A stretch of DNA of 64,000 nucleotides from Eutreptiella sp. 'Long Island Sound 2002' (Eukaryota; Protista; Euglenida): positions 9,982,001 through 10,046,000 of the forward strand of contig OZ038378.1 in assembly GCA_964036045.1 (NCBI GenBank). Reading direction: 5' to 3'. This document shows positions 36,501 through 49,000 of this stretch, one piece after another. Position numbers and translations under genes: made by a program. Below the pieces are notes generated by a model, which was not told the origin of the DNA, made no database searches, and saw only the letters and a program-made list of their open reading frames with translations. Within the stretch, counting starts at the first letter, position 1, and every line of letters starts with the position of its first letter.

Positions 36501-39500
36501 AATGGCAGTATGCAGGGTCACCCTCTCCAACCTGCCCAATGCGCCCCCGTATTCCCTGACAAAAGCCCTGCGCTGCCTTCAGGGGATTCCGATCCACATA
36601 CTGAAGGCCCTCAGCAACTTCTTCATGGAGAAGGACGTGCAGACCGTGCACTTCATTCTGGACTGCGACTTTGCTTGCCGCCCCTGCGTTGGCAACCCCA
36701 AGGACCCCCACCTCACGCCCCGCAGCAGCCACAACTTCACGTGGGCCCGGCCCTCGGTGTTGAGTGACCGCAAGTGCTACCCGTCCGCCGGGCCGCACGA
36801 CCCCGTCCAGCCCCAGTGGCTGGAGCACCAGAGCAACGCTGTGAGCCAGGCGGCGGGGTCAAGCTGCGGGTCCGGCGGGGCGGGGTGCACCGAGAACTGC
36901 GACGTCTCGCTCATGCGGGAGTGGGGGACGCTGCGCCCCCACATGTGGGTGATGGCGGCGTGCCACTCAGACGAGCGGGTGCACACGTGCACGGCCAACG
37001 GGTGCGTGCTGGGGCGGTTCACGTACTGCTGCTACAGCACTCTGCTGGGCACCTCCGCCAGCCACCCGGCCCCCATCCCAAGTGAAGAGCGCCGCCCCAG
37101 TACCGACGACGTGGCGACCGGCGGCGGGGCTCGGGGGGCGTTCGGGGCGAAGGAGCCAAGCCCAACGAAGGCGCAGCCGCACATGGACGAGCCCCTCCTG
37201 CCGTCCGGCAAAGTGGTGCTGGAACAGCTGGCGCTGGCTCAGGAGCACGACGGGATGCTGGCGCTGAAGCTGCCGCATCGGGACGACAAGAAGCGTGCAG
37301 TGGACGAGGACCTGCGCCTGCGGATGCAAAACACCACTGCGTTCAAGAAGTCGCTGGCGTCGCTGTTCGATGACATTCGTGTGGCGATGCGGTACAATAG
37401 CTTTGCAGGTGTGTGCCCAGCCTCACCACGGACTGACCCCCCTGCCAACACTCCCGTCCGCAGCAATTGGCCAAGGGTTCTGGGCAAGTGTTAGACATCG
37501 GTGGTATGCAGTAATTCCAGGTATTTGCCGCCGGCCTTTTTTGAAGAAGCACCCACACCCAAGGTAACACCCTGGGTCAATAACTGGTGCGGTCGGCCGG
37601 GGGGGGGAGGGGTGCCATTGCAATTTTGGGTTTGGGATTGGGGAGAGGGAGGGTTCCATCATGAAGGCAGAAACGGCACAAAGCAGGCACTACTGCATGC
37701 ACCGAAGAGCAAATGAGCGGAAGATACAGCAGGAGCAGTTTCTGGATAAAGGCCAGGCTTGGGTTGCCAATGCATTGACAAAAGATCCAGTCGCTGGGCT
37801 CAGACAGTGCCGTCTTTTGTTCTACCCAGATGCACACCCCGGGTGCGGGCCCGTGCAGGGTGGGCTGTTCTCTGACGACTCCACCCTACAGCGATCCATC
37901 CGATGGCTCTTCCGACCAAACGTCTTGCAGCCCTGACTGTTGCAACCGTCACTGCTATTGAGCCGGACCTCCTACATCCATTCCGTGAGGTAGGCTCTAT
38001 GCCTGACTGTGCGCTGCTGGTCAGTAAGCCTGGTCAGTCAGCCTGTTCATTCCCAAAGATGCCAATATCAACCCTCCCCCCCAAATTGGCCTTCGGATCC
38101 CTGTTTTGCACCCAGTTTCACCCATTTTCACCCATTTTTTGCTCATTTCCACCACATCCACTCCTTTTTAGGTTGATTTCTCCCCACAATGGGGACCCCA
38201 AGAAGGCAGGGGCTATGTAGCCATTCTGCCCACACGTGGGGGGGTTAAGCAGCCACTACCGCTGTCAGGTTCCGATGAGCTCCAGCCTGCAGCTGATCCT
38301 CCGTGCTGCGGGCGGCAACAGTTGGGAGGTTCCCAGTTGAAGCTGCAGGATCCAGAGTGCATGGCAGTGCCCACTCCTGTATTCATCTCCTGTTTTCATC
38401 CTGTATTCCTGTGGTCATTTGGGATATCGCCGGGGCAGTGGCAGCCTATGCACATTGCTGTGCTGTCTTGCTGGTGACAAGAGAACTGGCAGCCCTTGCA
38501 GCCCTAACACAAGGCATGCAAGAATTGGTGCTTCAATGTGAGATGCGCTCCAGCCCCCTCCCTCTCCCTCCTCAAGACCAGTTTCGCCACCTGATGAAAT
38601 AGTCCCGCTGGTTATCTCAATCAAGGCCTTGTTTGTTCGAATCTGCCTCAGTACATGACAATCCCCCCCCCCTTCCCGGTCGCATGTCGGTAGGTGAGTG
38701 GGTGGGTGGGGGCAGGGCCTGATTGGCCCCTCCCCATGACCTCTATCTTTCAGCAAAGGCCCGTTCTTGTCCTCCCCATTTGCTAAGCACCATGGCTGCC
38801 GTGCACGTGCCTTGCACTGCAGGGGGCGGCCCCGAGCAGAACCCGGTGCTCATAGCACAGCCCTACACGTGCCGGTTCAAGCCCTTCGACATGGACAAGC
38901 CACTGCTGAACGAGATCGCGGAGGAGACGTACAAGTCTTACCCGCGCCCGTGCCCGCAGCGAGGCCTCGTGGTGGCCGCCGGGGCGCTGCACGGCGTGAC
39001 CATGGGGCAGGTGTTTGGCGTTGCGATGCTGGACAACTGCCACGAGGAGCTGTGCAAGGCCGTGGTCACGGCCGTGCAGGACGCACAGTCCACGCTGACC
39101 CCCGTCGGGGACACGTCAGGGCTGCAGCCCCACACGTCGTACCACATCATCGAGACGTGGGACGTGGACCCGACTGTGGCGCTGCACACCTCCGGCAACG
39201 GGACGGAAGGGCACGACAGTGACCTCCCGCTGACGGCGGTGATGGAGCGCAGCATCGCGGTGTCACTGTGCTCGGATGCGGTACAGCCCAATCCCCGGGC
39301 TCGCTGCCCCACGCTGCTCAACCAGAGCCAGCTCAAGGTGTGCCGTTCAGGAATTTCATGGCGTTGGTTCAGGATTGTCCGGGGCATTCAAACGACCCAA
39401 ACAACGCCATTGCGGCCCCTTACGAGGCCCCTAAATTGTTCCGCAGAACACAGAACACAAGTACATATGGCAGTCGCGATGTCCATGCAACCCTGTGGAG

Positions 39501-42500
39501 GTAGGGGCATTTTCATTTAAAAAATACGCCCTTCAGCGTGGATTTCAAGCTTTTGCACCGCCCACAATACAACAGATATTTCTCAGCAGCCTTCCTGAAC
39601 GTCATGGTTTGCTGCTGCACCCAGCCTCAGGGCTTGTCATTTGGTTGGGCTTTGGGCTTCCTACCGGCCCACACCCTGCAGACACCTGCACACCTACGGA
39701 CACCTGCACACGCCTACATCTACAGAGGTCTACACCTACAGACCAGACGCGAAGAAGAGGGGATAGGCGCTAGGACCCGGTACTGCGCAGGGCCACAGGC
39801 CACGGTATGAGACAGCGCCCGTAATGCGCAACTGTACCTGCTGACCATCTGGTGCTCCTTCTTGATATGGTTGCCCCGGACACATACAGATACCTACACA
39901 CCCATGTACATGCAGATACAATCCCCTAGACACCTACACGCATGGACATCTACACACCCACATCCCTGCAGACACCCTACAGCCACCTACCTGCACACCT
40001 GCAGAACCCTACGTCTACAGACACTGACGCGCCCACATTTCAACGGACACCCGCAGACACCCACGTATGCCTGCACACCCACATATGGAGGTGCGAGAAT
40101 CCAAAATGCGGCCACCTTCTTCCTTTCTGTGGCGTCTGATTGATGGGATGAGATTGATGTTATTAAGAAGCATGTTGGTGGGATGCATTATGGCCTTATG
40201 AATGTGGTGCCTCAGCAGCACTCCCATTGGACTAGCTATTCAGGTGGTTCCTACAACATTTTCATTGCACTGTGGCCGCAGGTAGGGTGGCAGGTGCACA
40301 ACATTGCGAGGCAGGTGTGTGCAGATGCCTGGAGGTGTTTTTACGTACAATCCAAGGGAAAATTGCAAAGGCATGAAAAAAAATTTAGAGTAGCACCCCA
40401 GTCTTCTGTTGAATATGCCTCATAGTTTTCTCATAATTTAATGTCCTGTTGGTGGCATGGAGTTGCCGAGACACCTAAACCTACAGGTGCATACTCACAC
40501 GCCCACATACCTACAGAGAACACGGACAGACGCCGACACCGGAAGACACCCCTGCACCTGCAGACCTATACATCGCCGGACCTACTTTCACCTACCCCTA
40601 CTGAAACCTACATGCCGGCAGACACAGGCACGCACCCCCATGCCGCAAGACACCCCCCCACATACGCCTACAGACAACTAGGAAACACCTACGCACTCAC
40701 GTACCTTCACACATCAACACGCCCGCAGACACCAACACACTACACACACCGCCCACCAACATCCACCGACAGACACATCGACATGGGCATCCACAGACAT
40801 ATGCCTGGAAACATGTGTTATCCAATGCCACAAAGTCGCTGGCCTTGGGCTTTTCCTCCCCAACTCGACTTTTACAGGGCGTGGTCGGTGTGACGGAGCA
40901 CTCAGATATGGAGCGCTCGCATGTGCAACTGATCGTGGCCCCGGCGGCGGCGCCCTTCAGCCCGCTGCAGGACATGCCTAGCGCTGGGGAGGCTGCGGAG
41001 GACAGGGATGAGGGGGCGGAGCTGGTGCGGCAGACGGAGCTGGAGCTGGTGGACGACGCGTGCGGCCCCTGCATTGTGGAGGTGGTGCGCCGCCTGGTGG
41101 CCAGCCGCCAGGCCTGTGGGTACCCGCTGTCGGACCTGCAGCGCGATGCCGCATGTGGCTGGCCCGGGATGCGGCACATCGAGGTCACCCTTTGTGCCCC
41201 TTTCGACCAGGACTTGCCCTGGGGAAGGGACGGGAGGGGCCTGCGATAGAGGGAGCGGGAGGGGGGGGTCAGGTTTTCCATGATTATTTGGTAAGGTAGG
41301 GGGCTCTGATGGGGTATTTGATGGGGCTTTTGATGATTTATGGTGGTACCCAATCAGCGGGTTGGGCTGCATTTAAGGCCTGCAGGCGCGTGCGGGGCAG
41401 GGGAGTGGGATACCGAAGGGCAGTGATGCTGCAACACTGCACACTGAGCACAATCGCAACCCAAACAGACGTAAACAAGCGCAGGATGTACCCGATATTG
41501 TGGCACACGGGGAGTGTTCAGGGCCCTGTACCCATTGAGTGGGACTGTTGCACAGTGGTGGGTGTGGGTCCACAGAAGTTCGAAGGGTGCTCGCTGAGGG
41601 TTTCTGTTTCGGTTGCCGCACCCCATGACGCCAAAGCACCACAGCACAGCACATTGCACTGTTCTTCACAGCACCACACCACACCACACCACACCACGCC
41701 ACACCACGCCATGCCACGCCACGCCACGCCACACCACACCACACCACACCACACCACACCACACCACACCACACCACACCACACCACACCACACCACACC
41801 ACACCACACCACACCACACCACACCACACCGCCGTTTCCGTGGATCGCCATAGCCCCGGCGGCGGTGGCGCGCTTCCAATATCCAGCGGAGTGCATGGCG
41901 CACAAATGCCCGGGGCACCCGCACAAGGGACCCCTCTATTACTCCCTCGATACGGTGGGGACAGTGCCAGCGGAGCTACACCAGGCCCTGCGCACCCACC
42001 TCAGGGAGCACCATGGGGACATGGCCCTCCTGGCGCCCCACGGCCGGGCGACCGACCCCCCGCGAGTGTTGGCCCCTGAGACTCGCCCAGGCGTCTGGTT
42101 CCATGACCTGCCTGCGCTGGCGACCCTCCGAGGCAGTGTCGTGGCGGTGGATGCAGGGGCCACGCAGGCGGGTATGGCCATGGCCGGGGTCGTCCAGAGC
42201 GGGCCTGGGGAGTACCAGGCCCAGGTGGCCTCAGGAGTGGGCACCTCCCAGGAGGGGGAGGCGATGGCCCTCCTCTCGTATGCCCGCCGGCTGGCGACAC
42301 AGCAGGGGGTTTACTGGCTGGTGCCGGACTCGGAGGCAGCAGTGGGGGCCCTCCGCACGTACCAGGAAGGAGGGCACTGCGGAGATGGCATCCACCACCT
42401 CTACGCCACTGTCCTGGGGGGGCAGCGCCTCTCCCCGAGGTCTGCCATCAATGTGGTGACCACACCGTCGCACTGGATCACGGACCTCAACGTCCGTGTG

Positions 42501-45500
42501 GACGCAGCGACGCGAGAGCCGCCGGAGGTAGACCTCACGTGGCTCCTCAGGCGCCCCTACTCATTTATCCCCCCAGTGCCCTTCCGCGACCAGTGCCAGC
42601 TCTCCCCGACGGCGCTGAGTGACTGGTTGCAGGACCGGGCCTCCATACCGGCGCAAGCCATCTACGAGGCCCGCTGGGGGGTAAATTTCATGCCAGGGGG
42701 GGGCCTCCCCCTGGACTGGTTCGACCACGACCAGCAGCGCCACGTCACGGCGCATCGCATGGACAACGTCCCGACCATGACCGTCCTGGCCCACCGTTCC
42801 TCCCACCGGGGCACGGTGCTGGATACAACGTGCCTCCTGTGCGGGACACAGCCCGAGACGGCGCCCCACCTGTGGGCCTGCTCGGCTCAATCGCACGAGT
42901 GGGGGCCAGCCCGCCGGCGCCTCGCAGCGTGGCTTGACCAGAAGGTGGGGCCACGGGCGGCCCCAGTGCGTCACCAGCTGTGGGAACCGACTGTGCTGGA
43001 GCAGTGGGCGGCAGCCCTGCGGACCCCCTCCATGCAGCTGGCCCACCTGGAGTGTACGGGGCCCCACTCGCTGGGCACGGAGTTCCTCCGCCACGTCGTG
43101 GAGGAGTCCTTACGGATCTGGTACGCCCACGCCAAGGCGCGTGCCACACTGCTGAAGGCCCGCCTGGGCCCGGGCAGCACGATGGCGTGGGCGTTGCAGG
43201 AGCTGCGCCTGCACCAGCAAGCAGAAAGGGAAGGGGTGCAGCGGGAGCTCCTGGAATAAGCGCGGTCGCCGGAGGCGAACTCACCAGGTCTCCCCGACTC
43301 CCCCTTCCCCTGCCGAGGCCAACACACTTACGCACGGCGCGCACACAACACACACAGCCCAGCCCGTTTACCTTTACCCGTGGGTAGACATCCCGGCCTT
43401 TTGCCCTTTGGTAACAGCGCCTTCGGCACACCACACCACACCACACCACACCACACTATACCACTGTTTTCTGCAGTGCCTGGACCTGCCCCCTGGACAC
43501 CCTGTGCCCACTGCCCACCGCAGTGCAGCAGTGTACTGAAGGAGAGCAGGGATGCCGATTTGCCTCGAATTCAATTTGAATTCGAGCGAATTCGTACCAA
43601 ATTCGAAATCATGCGAATTCGAGCGAACTTGATTCCAGTAGAGTCAAAATGAGAGTTTGTAAATGATTCCTTCGAATTTGAGCGAATTGATACCAAATTG
43701 GAATTCGTGTGAATTCGTGTGAATTCAAACCTGCATCCTTAAAGGAGACTCACTGCCCATTACAGCGTGCAGTGCAGTGCAGCAGTGTTTAGGAGGAGAC
43801 GCACTGCCCACTGCCCCTTGCAGTGCGGTGGTGCACTGGAGAATGCCGACTGCCCACTGCCCCGTGCAGTGCAGCGGTGTACGGAAGGATGCCGCCCACT
43901 GCCCATTGCCCCGTGCCATGTGGCGGTGTCTAGAATGAGGCCCCTTGCCCACTGTCCCGTGCAGTGCGGCAGTGTACTGTAGGAGACCCACTGCCCACTG
44001 CGCCGTGCAATGCAGCGGTCTCTAGAAGGATATCCACTGCCCATTGCCCTTCACAGCGGTGTACAGAATGATGCCCACTGTGGCCCACTGCCCACAGCGG
44101 TGTGGCGGTGAGCAGGACACACCACTGCCCACTGCCCACAGCAGCGGGACAGGGAACAGAAGGAGCTGCCATTGTGCACTGCCCACAGCAGGGCGGTGGT
44201 GGACAAAAGGAGACGCTGCTGCCCATTGTGCACAGCCATGTGACCGTGTACAGAGGGAGGTGCCACAGCCCGTGGCCCATGGCATCACACCACACCACAC
44301 CACACCACACCACACCACACCACACCACACCACACCACACCACACCACACCACACCACACCACACCACACCACACCACACCACACCACACCACACCACAC
44401 CACACCACACCACACCACACCACACCACACCACACCACACCACACCACACCACACCACACCACACCACACCACACCACACCACACCACACCACACCACAC
44501 CACACCACACCACACCACACCATGCAGCACACTGCACCGTAGGAGCCACAACGGAAACTGAAGATATGGTCGGCGTCGGCTTAGGAGAGGCTGAAAACCT
44601 TGGATACGGTCTGCTCTTCAAACCCATGCGCTGTGCCTCATCACCTCTGTCGCGCCTGGTGCTGCCAGCCCCCACATCCCATTCCTCTCGCATTCTCTCC
44701 GTCCCACTGTCCTCACGCGCACACAGGCCACCATGCGGCAGCTCATGGGGGAGCACGCGCAGATCACCGCCCGCCTGCAGGAGCTGGGGAAGCCCCTTTC
44801 GCCGTACTACACGGACTTCATCACGGGGCTTGTGAAGCTGCGGCCGGTGCTCACGTCAGACCGGCGCAGCTACGACGAGTACTCCATCAAGTGCTGGCTC
44901 ACGTGGTTCAAGAGCTCCCCCGTCACAGGCCGCACCCTGAACCACATCGCCATGCGGGAGGACCGGGACACGCGCGAGATCATTGCGGAGCACCTCGCGG
45001 GCTGCGGTGTGCAGGGCGTGCCGGCCCACCTCTGCGCCCTGCCGCACTCCGCCCGCCGCGCAGATGAGAGCGACGAGAGCATGTCGGACTCCGAGAAGAG
45101 CGACAGCGCCGAGCGGGCCCCGGCCGATCTGATGAAGGACGACGACGCGGTGGACGGCCCTCAGACGCTGTCCCAGCGCCTCGTGCAGCTGGAGGATGAC
45201 TTTGGGCTGTCGCTGAGGGAGCGGCTTCGGCTGCGGCACCTATTCGACTTCCACTGCCAGCATGCCCCGCGGAACCAGCACCCGCCTCCGCCCCCGGACT
45301 TGACGGTGGATGACGTGTTGCTGAGGACAAAGCCCAATAAGCGGTACGCGGTCCCCCATGCTGCACATCGGCCCCCCGCCCCCCGCCCTCAACTGCCCCT
45401 CCCATGCCAACTCTAACCCCCGCATATGACTCCAGCCGCCCCTGCCCTTCACCCTCACCCAACGGTCACGGCAACCAAGAGGCCTGGGACCGGGCCAGGT

Positions 45501-45998
45501 GGGGCACATGCACTACGCCGTCCCGGGCGCTGGGGTGTCCCCCGTGACCGTGCGGTGACCCTCTAGCAGGGGAGACGGATAATGCCTGGTGCCTGGAGAA
45601 GCCCCGGGTGCTCTACTTGTACCTGTGCCTTCGGGTGCAGACTGGATGTTAGTGTGAGGAGGGTGGTTGGGGTTGCGTCTCCTCGAGCAGGGTGCTCCGC
45701 ATGACGACCCCCTGTGCATTTAATTGGAGGGTTGTCAGACAACAACACATCAAAGGGTGTGGGGGCAAGGCATGTCCAAGGGGCTCCATGAGCTCGCGCA
45801 TTGGCCTATGTCCCAAGGCCTGAGCACACACCAATGCCATTCACCAGCCCTCTGCAACCTCAGGGAGTCCTTCTGACTCCTCTGGCCCCTAGACAGGCTG
45901 AGAGCCCTAGCCCTGACCCCCCACTTGCCTGTGTCTGACCCCTAATTCTCCATAGCCCTGTGGCTCTACCCCTCTCGACATGCCAGGGCGGTCCTTAA

Positions 45999-46038
<40 letters not shown>

Positions 46039-49000
46039 ACCCGAACCTTGGCCCTCACGCTAACCTGAACCCCTACCCTAACCTGGGCCCAAAATCTAAC
46101 CCCAACCCTAACCCTAATCCAAGGGTTAGGGTTAGTTCCAGGGTGGTCAGGGCCCAGATTCGGATTAGGGATTGGGTTGGGGCCCTGGATCGGATTAGGG
46201 TTAGGGTTGGGTTTGCTTTAGGGTGAGGGTTTGGGTTAGGGGACCTCTCTCCAGTTCTGGCGTAGCGGAACTTTTCCTTTTTCTGTTAAGGACCGCCCTG
46301 CGACACGCTCGTGGGCCTGCCCCTGACTCTTCACTCCGACCCCCTGGTTCTCCTGGGGATTCCCCTGTCCACAGCCTGGGGCTGTTGGACCGACAGGAGA
46401 TCAGCATTCCGATTTCAATCCTGCAGACAGCCACCACACCCTGACTCGACACGCAGCCATACTCTGTAAACCCACATGCAGCCGCTCTGCGCACCCCTCA
46501 ATGAGGTGTGCGACCGCGCTGCCCGATCCACACTCAGAGAGCCACACTTTGTACGCCTGCAAAAAAATCACCCTTCCTGCACAGTCACATTCTTTGAGCC
46601 TGCAGACCTGCACACCTCAAGCCTGCGTATGACCACATACCCTAAGCTCCAAGTCTGCATGCGATCACATTTCCATCAGCGCGCCGGGTGCTTCCGCAAA
46701 GGACTCTTCCTTCTTTTTCTTGTGGGAAAATCCAGGACCGCGGCCAGCGATTGGGAGCCGAGAAGCTGCATGACCATGTGCGTACGCGGTACACGTGGAA
46801 GACCCTGGTTGGACGTAGATGTTCAAGGCTCACATGGAACCACGCTTATCCCTGCTGTACAAAATGCACGTGATCTGGGCCCACCTGGGCAGTGAGCCTT
46901 CAACTGCTGCATAACGTCTCTCCAACCGCAGTGTCCTCCAATCGGTTGTATCCTCTGCACGCCTTTGGCGTCCACCACTCCATGCACCCCTTATTTCTGC
47001 CCAAGGTACACCATCAACCCATACACGCCCATCGACAAGTTGGTTGTGGCTGGTCGAGACCCACAGGCAGAGCAACAGTGGAAGATGAAGTGGGAGCAGT
47101 TGATGAAGTCAGTGCTGGACTCCGAGTTGTCCTCTTTCCAGAAGACGGCCCTCTGTCAAGACATCAGTACCTTCTGCAATCGCTTGCTCTCGTTTTACCA
47201 GCGACAGGAAACCCTGATGGACCCTGCCGCTCGGGGTCCCATGCGGCAGCTGTTTGCCGAGGTCCTGACGCGCCGCCACCCGCCGGAGCTGAGTGACGAG
47301 TGTGTGCGGCCGGGATTTGACTTTACTCCGTACCTGCAGCGCAAGGTGCATGTGGCCAGCTCGGACTTCTTCCGGCAACGCATCGGGGAGCTGGGGATCC
47401 AGCGCCTGAAGGCTGACAACTTCTGGCGGGTATTCCCAGATGTGTCCCCAAGCACCAGACCCTTCGTCAGTTTGCGTTTTGGGGCATAGGAATGCTGTTT
47501 CTTTTTGAAGTGAAAAATTTCATGCCCTCCTCAAATATGTTTCTTCAGGCTGACTGTATGCTGGTGCTGGGACAGTTTCACGTGCCTTGTTGTTTTCTGC
47601 TACACAATGTCCTTTCCTTCACACCATTTCCTGAGGTAAGTCATGTCCTGCACCCTCACTCTGCTCCCCGCCCCACCCTTGGTAGGTGGCTGCGTTAACC
47701 AAGGTCAGTCTACCAAAGGTTCCATCTACCTTTTCGCTTAGCTCACCTTCATTAGGTCTCATCCCCCCATTTCCATTCCTCTCCACCCTTACCTCCCTTG
47801 CCCAAAGTCCGAATTGCTGCCAAATTTTGTAGCAACACTCATTGTGAGGACTGTCATGTCCGCGCTGTGCGTGCCCCGTGCGGACCATCCCCCTTTATTG
47901 GCTGACAACGGCCTCAGCGGACCACGCCTTTTGGCCACAGGTTTTCCTGGGTGCTGGTCCAGAGAAGCCTCACATGTGCGGGATCAAACGGCAGATGAAT
48001 AGAAGGAATGTTCAAGAGGGCAGATACACATGTTTACACATACGCACATTCTTTCCATCAAGAAACGACACAATTCAGTGGAGCCGTACCAAATTATCAG
48101 GAAAGAAATCAGTGCCACCGTCTTCCCCGTGATGTCGGGCCCATCATTCAGGACGACACAAGAAAGCAACTCATCTCCTCTCGCTTTGTGCTGCGCCATG
48201 TTTTGTCGGATGGGCTCAGCAATGGGATGGTTTGGCCAGACGATGGATCCATCATTACCTGTTGCCCCCCAACCTTGCATAAGTGCCGCCATGTCTGAGC
48301 ACGGCGACACTGCCTGATACTCGTTTTGTGCCCGCAGTTTCTGTGGTCAAGACTGTGATCCCAAAGGGGGGGGGGTCACGCGGTAGAAGTTCTGTTGAAC
48401 AAATTCTGTATGAAAATCACCTTGAAGAGAGGTTGTTGGATCAAGTGCAGGCGCGGGTGTGATATACCCCCCCCCCCTTTTTGCGAGGCCAGATGTCTAA
48501 TCTCTAATAAAATCGTCATTTCAAAATTCAAAATTATGAGGTTATTGAATTATTGAATTATTATTATTATTATGAGGTTATGAACCCTTGGGTCTCTCCC
48601 CCAGTTCAAGCCGGTGCCCGACCCTGTGTTACTGTGTCTGAGTTTTGTTTCTGACCATGGGTTTGTGGTTAAGAATCCAAAACCACAGGGTTATTAACCA
48701 GTTGTAGCCACATGATTTGATTCCCAATCCCTGTCCCTCTCCGTCCCAGAGACCTCACAAACTGCTGGCACAACAGGTACTGGAGGAGCGGTACGTGCGC
48801 TGCTCGCAGGAGCTGGTGGCGTTCATGCAGTTGCCAAAGGCTAATGAGGACTTGGAAGCTGCACTGACTGCAGTGTCGGACAAGTTGATGCAGTGGGAGT
48901 ACCCTGGGAAAGAGCATCTGGGGGGTCCCGGCAGCATTGATGAGGGCCAGGGAGGCCACTCTGATGAGGGCACCAGCAGGTGCAAAGTGCGTGTGCAGGC

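Noticed and set aside
37687-37860. Coding-like segment (HRRANERKIQQEQFLDK...) as an exon
   Set aside because: The best acceptor is phase 2 while the upstream donor at 37408 is phase 1; 37408 to 38823 joins cleanly without it.
41184-41249. Gene ending at the in-frame stop at 41249
   Set aside because: GC3 bias ends at ATC GAG|gt (41183) and a phase-0 acceptor at 44727 continues a coiled-coil-like sequence. Continuation is preferred but needs cDNA confirmation.
41672-44522. (CACCA)n, (AACCGCC)n and 46-bp arrays as CRISPR arrays
   Set aside because: No unique spacers and no cas genes; eukaryotic intronic context. These are simple satellites.
41373-44835. Long ORFs encoding TPHHT or VVWCG repeats
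   Set aside because: Artefacts of the stop-free CACCA repeat; only 41831-43259 is real (retroelement) coding sequence.
46037-46240. True telomere or chromosome end-to-end fusion
   Set aside because: The repeats are short, degenerate, in CCCTAA-then-TTAGGG order and enclosed by MITE TIRs and a TSD.
46375-46830. Exons at ~46375-46506 and 46736-46788
   Set aside because: Partly repeat sequence or stop-containing; 45343 to 47006 joins in phase directly. 46736-46788 remains a possible alternative exon.
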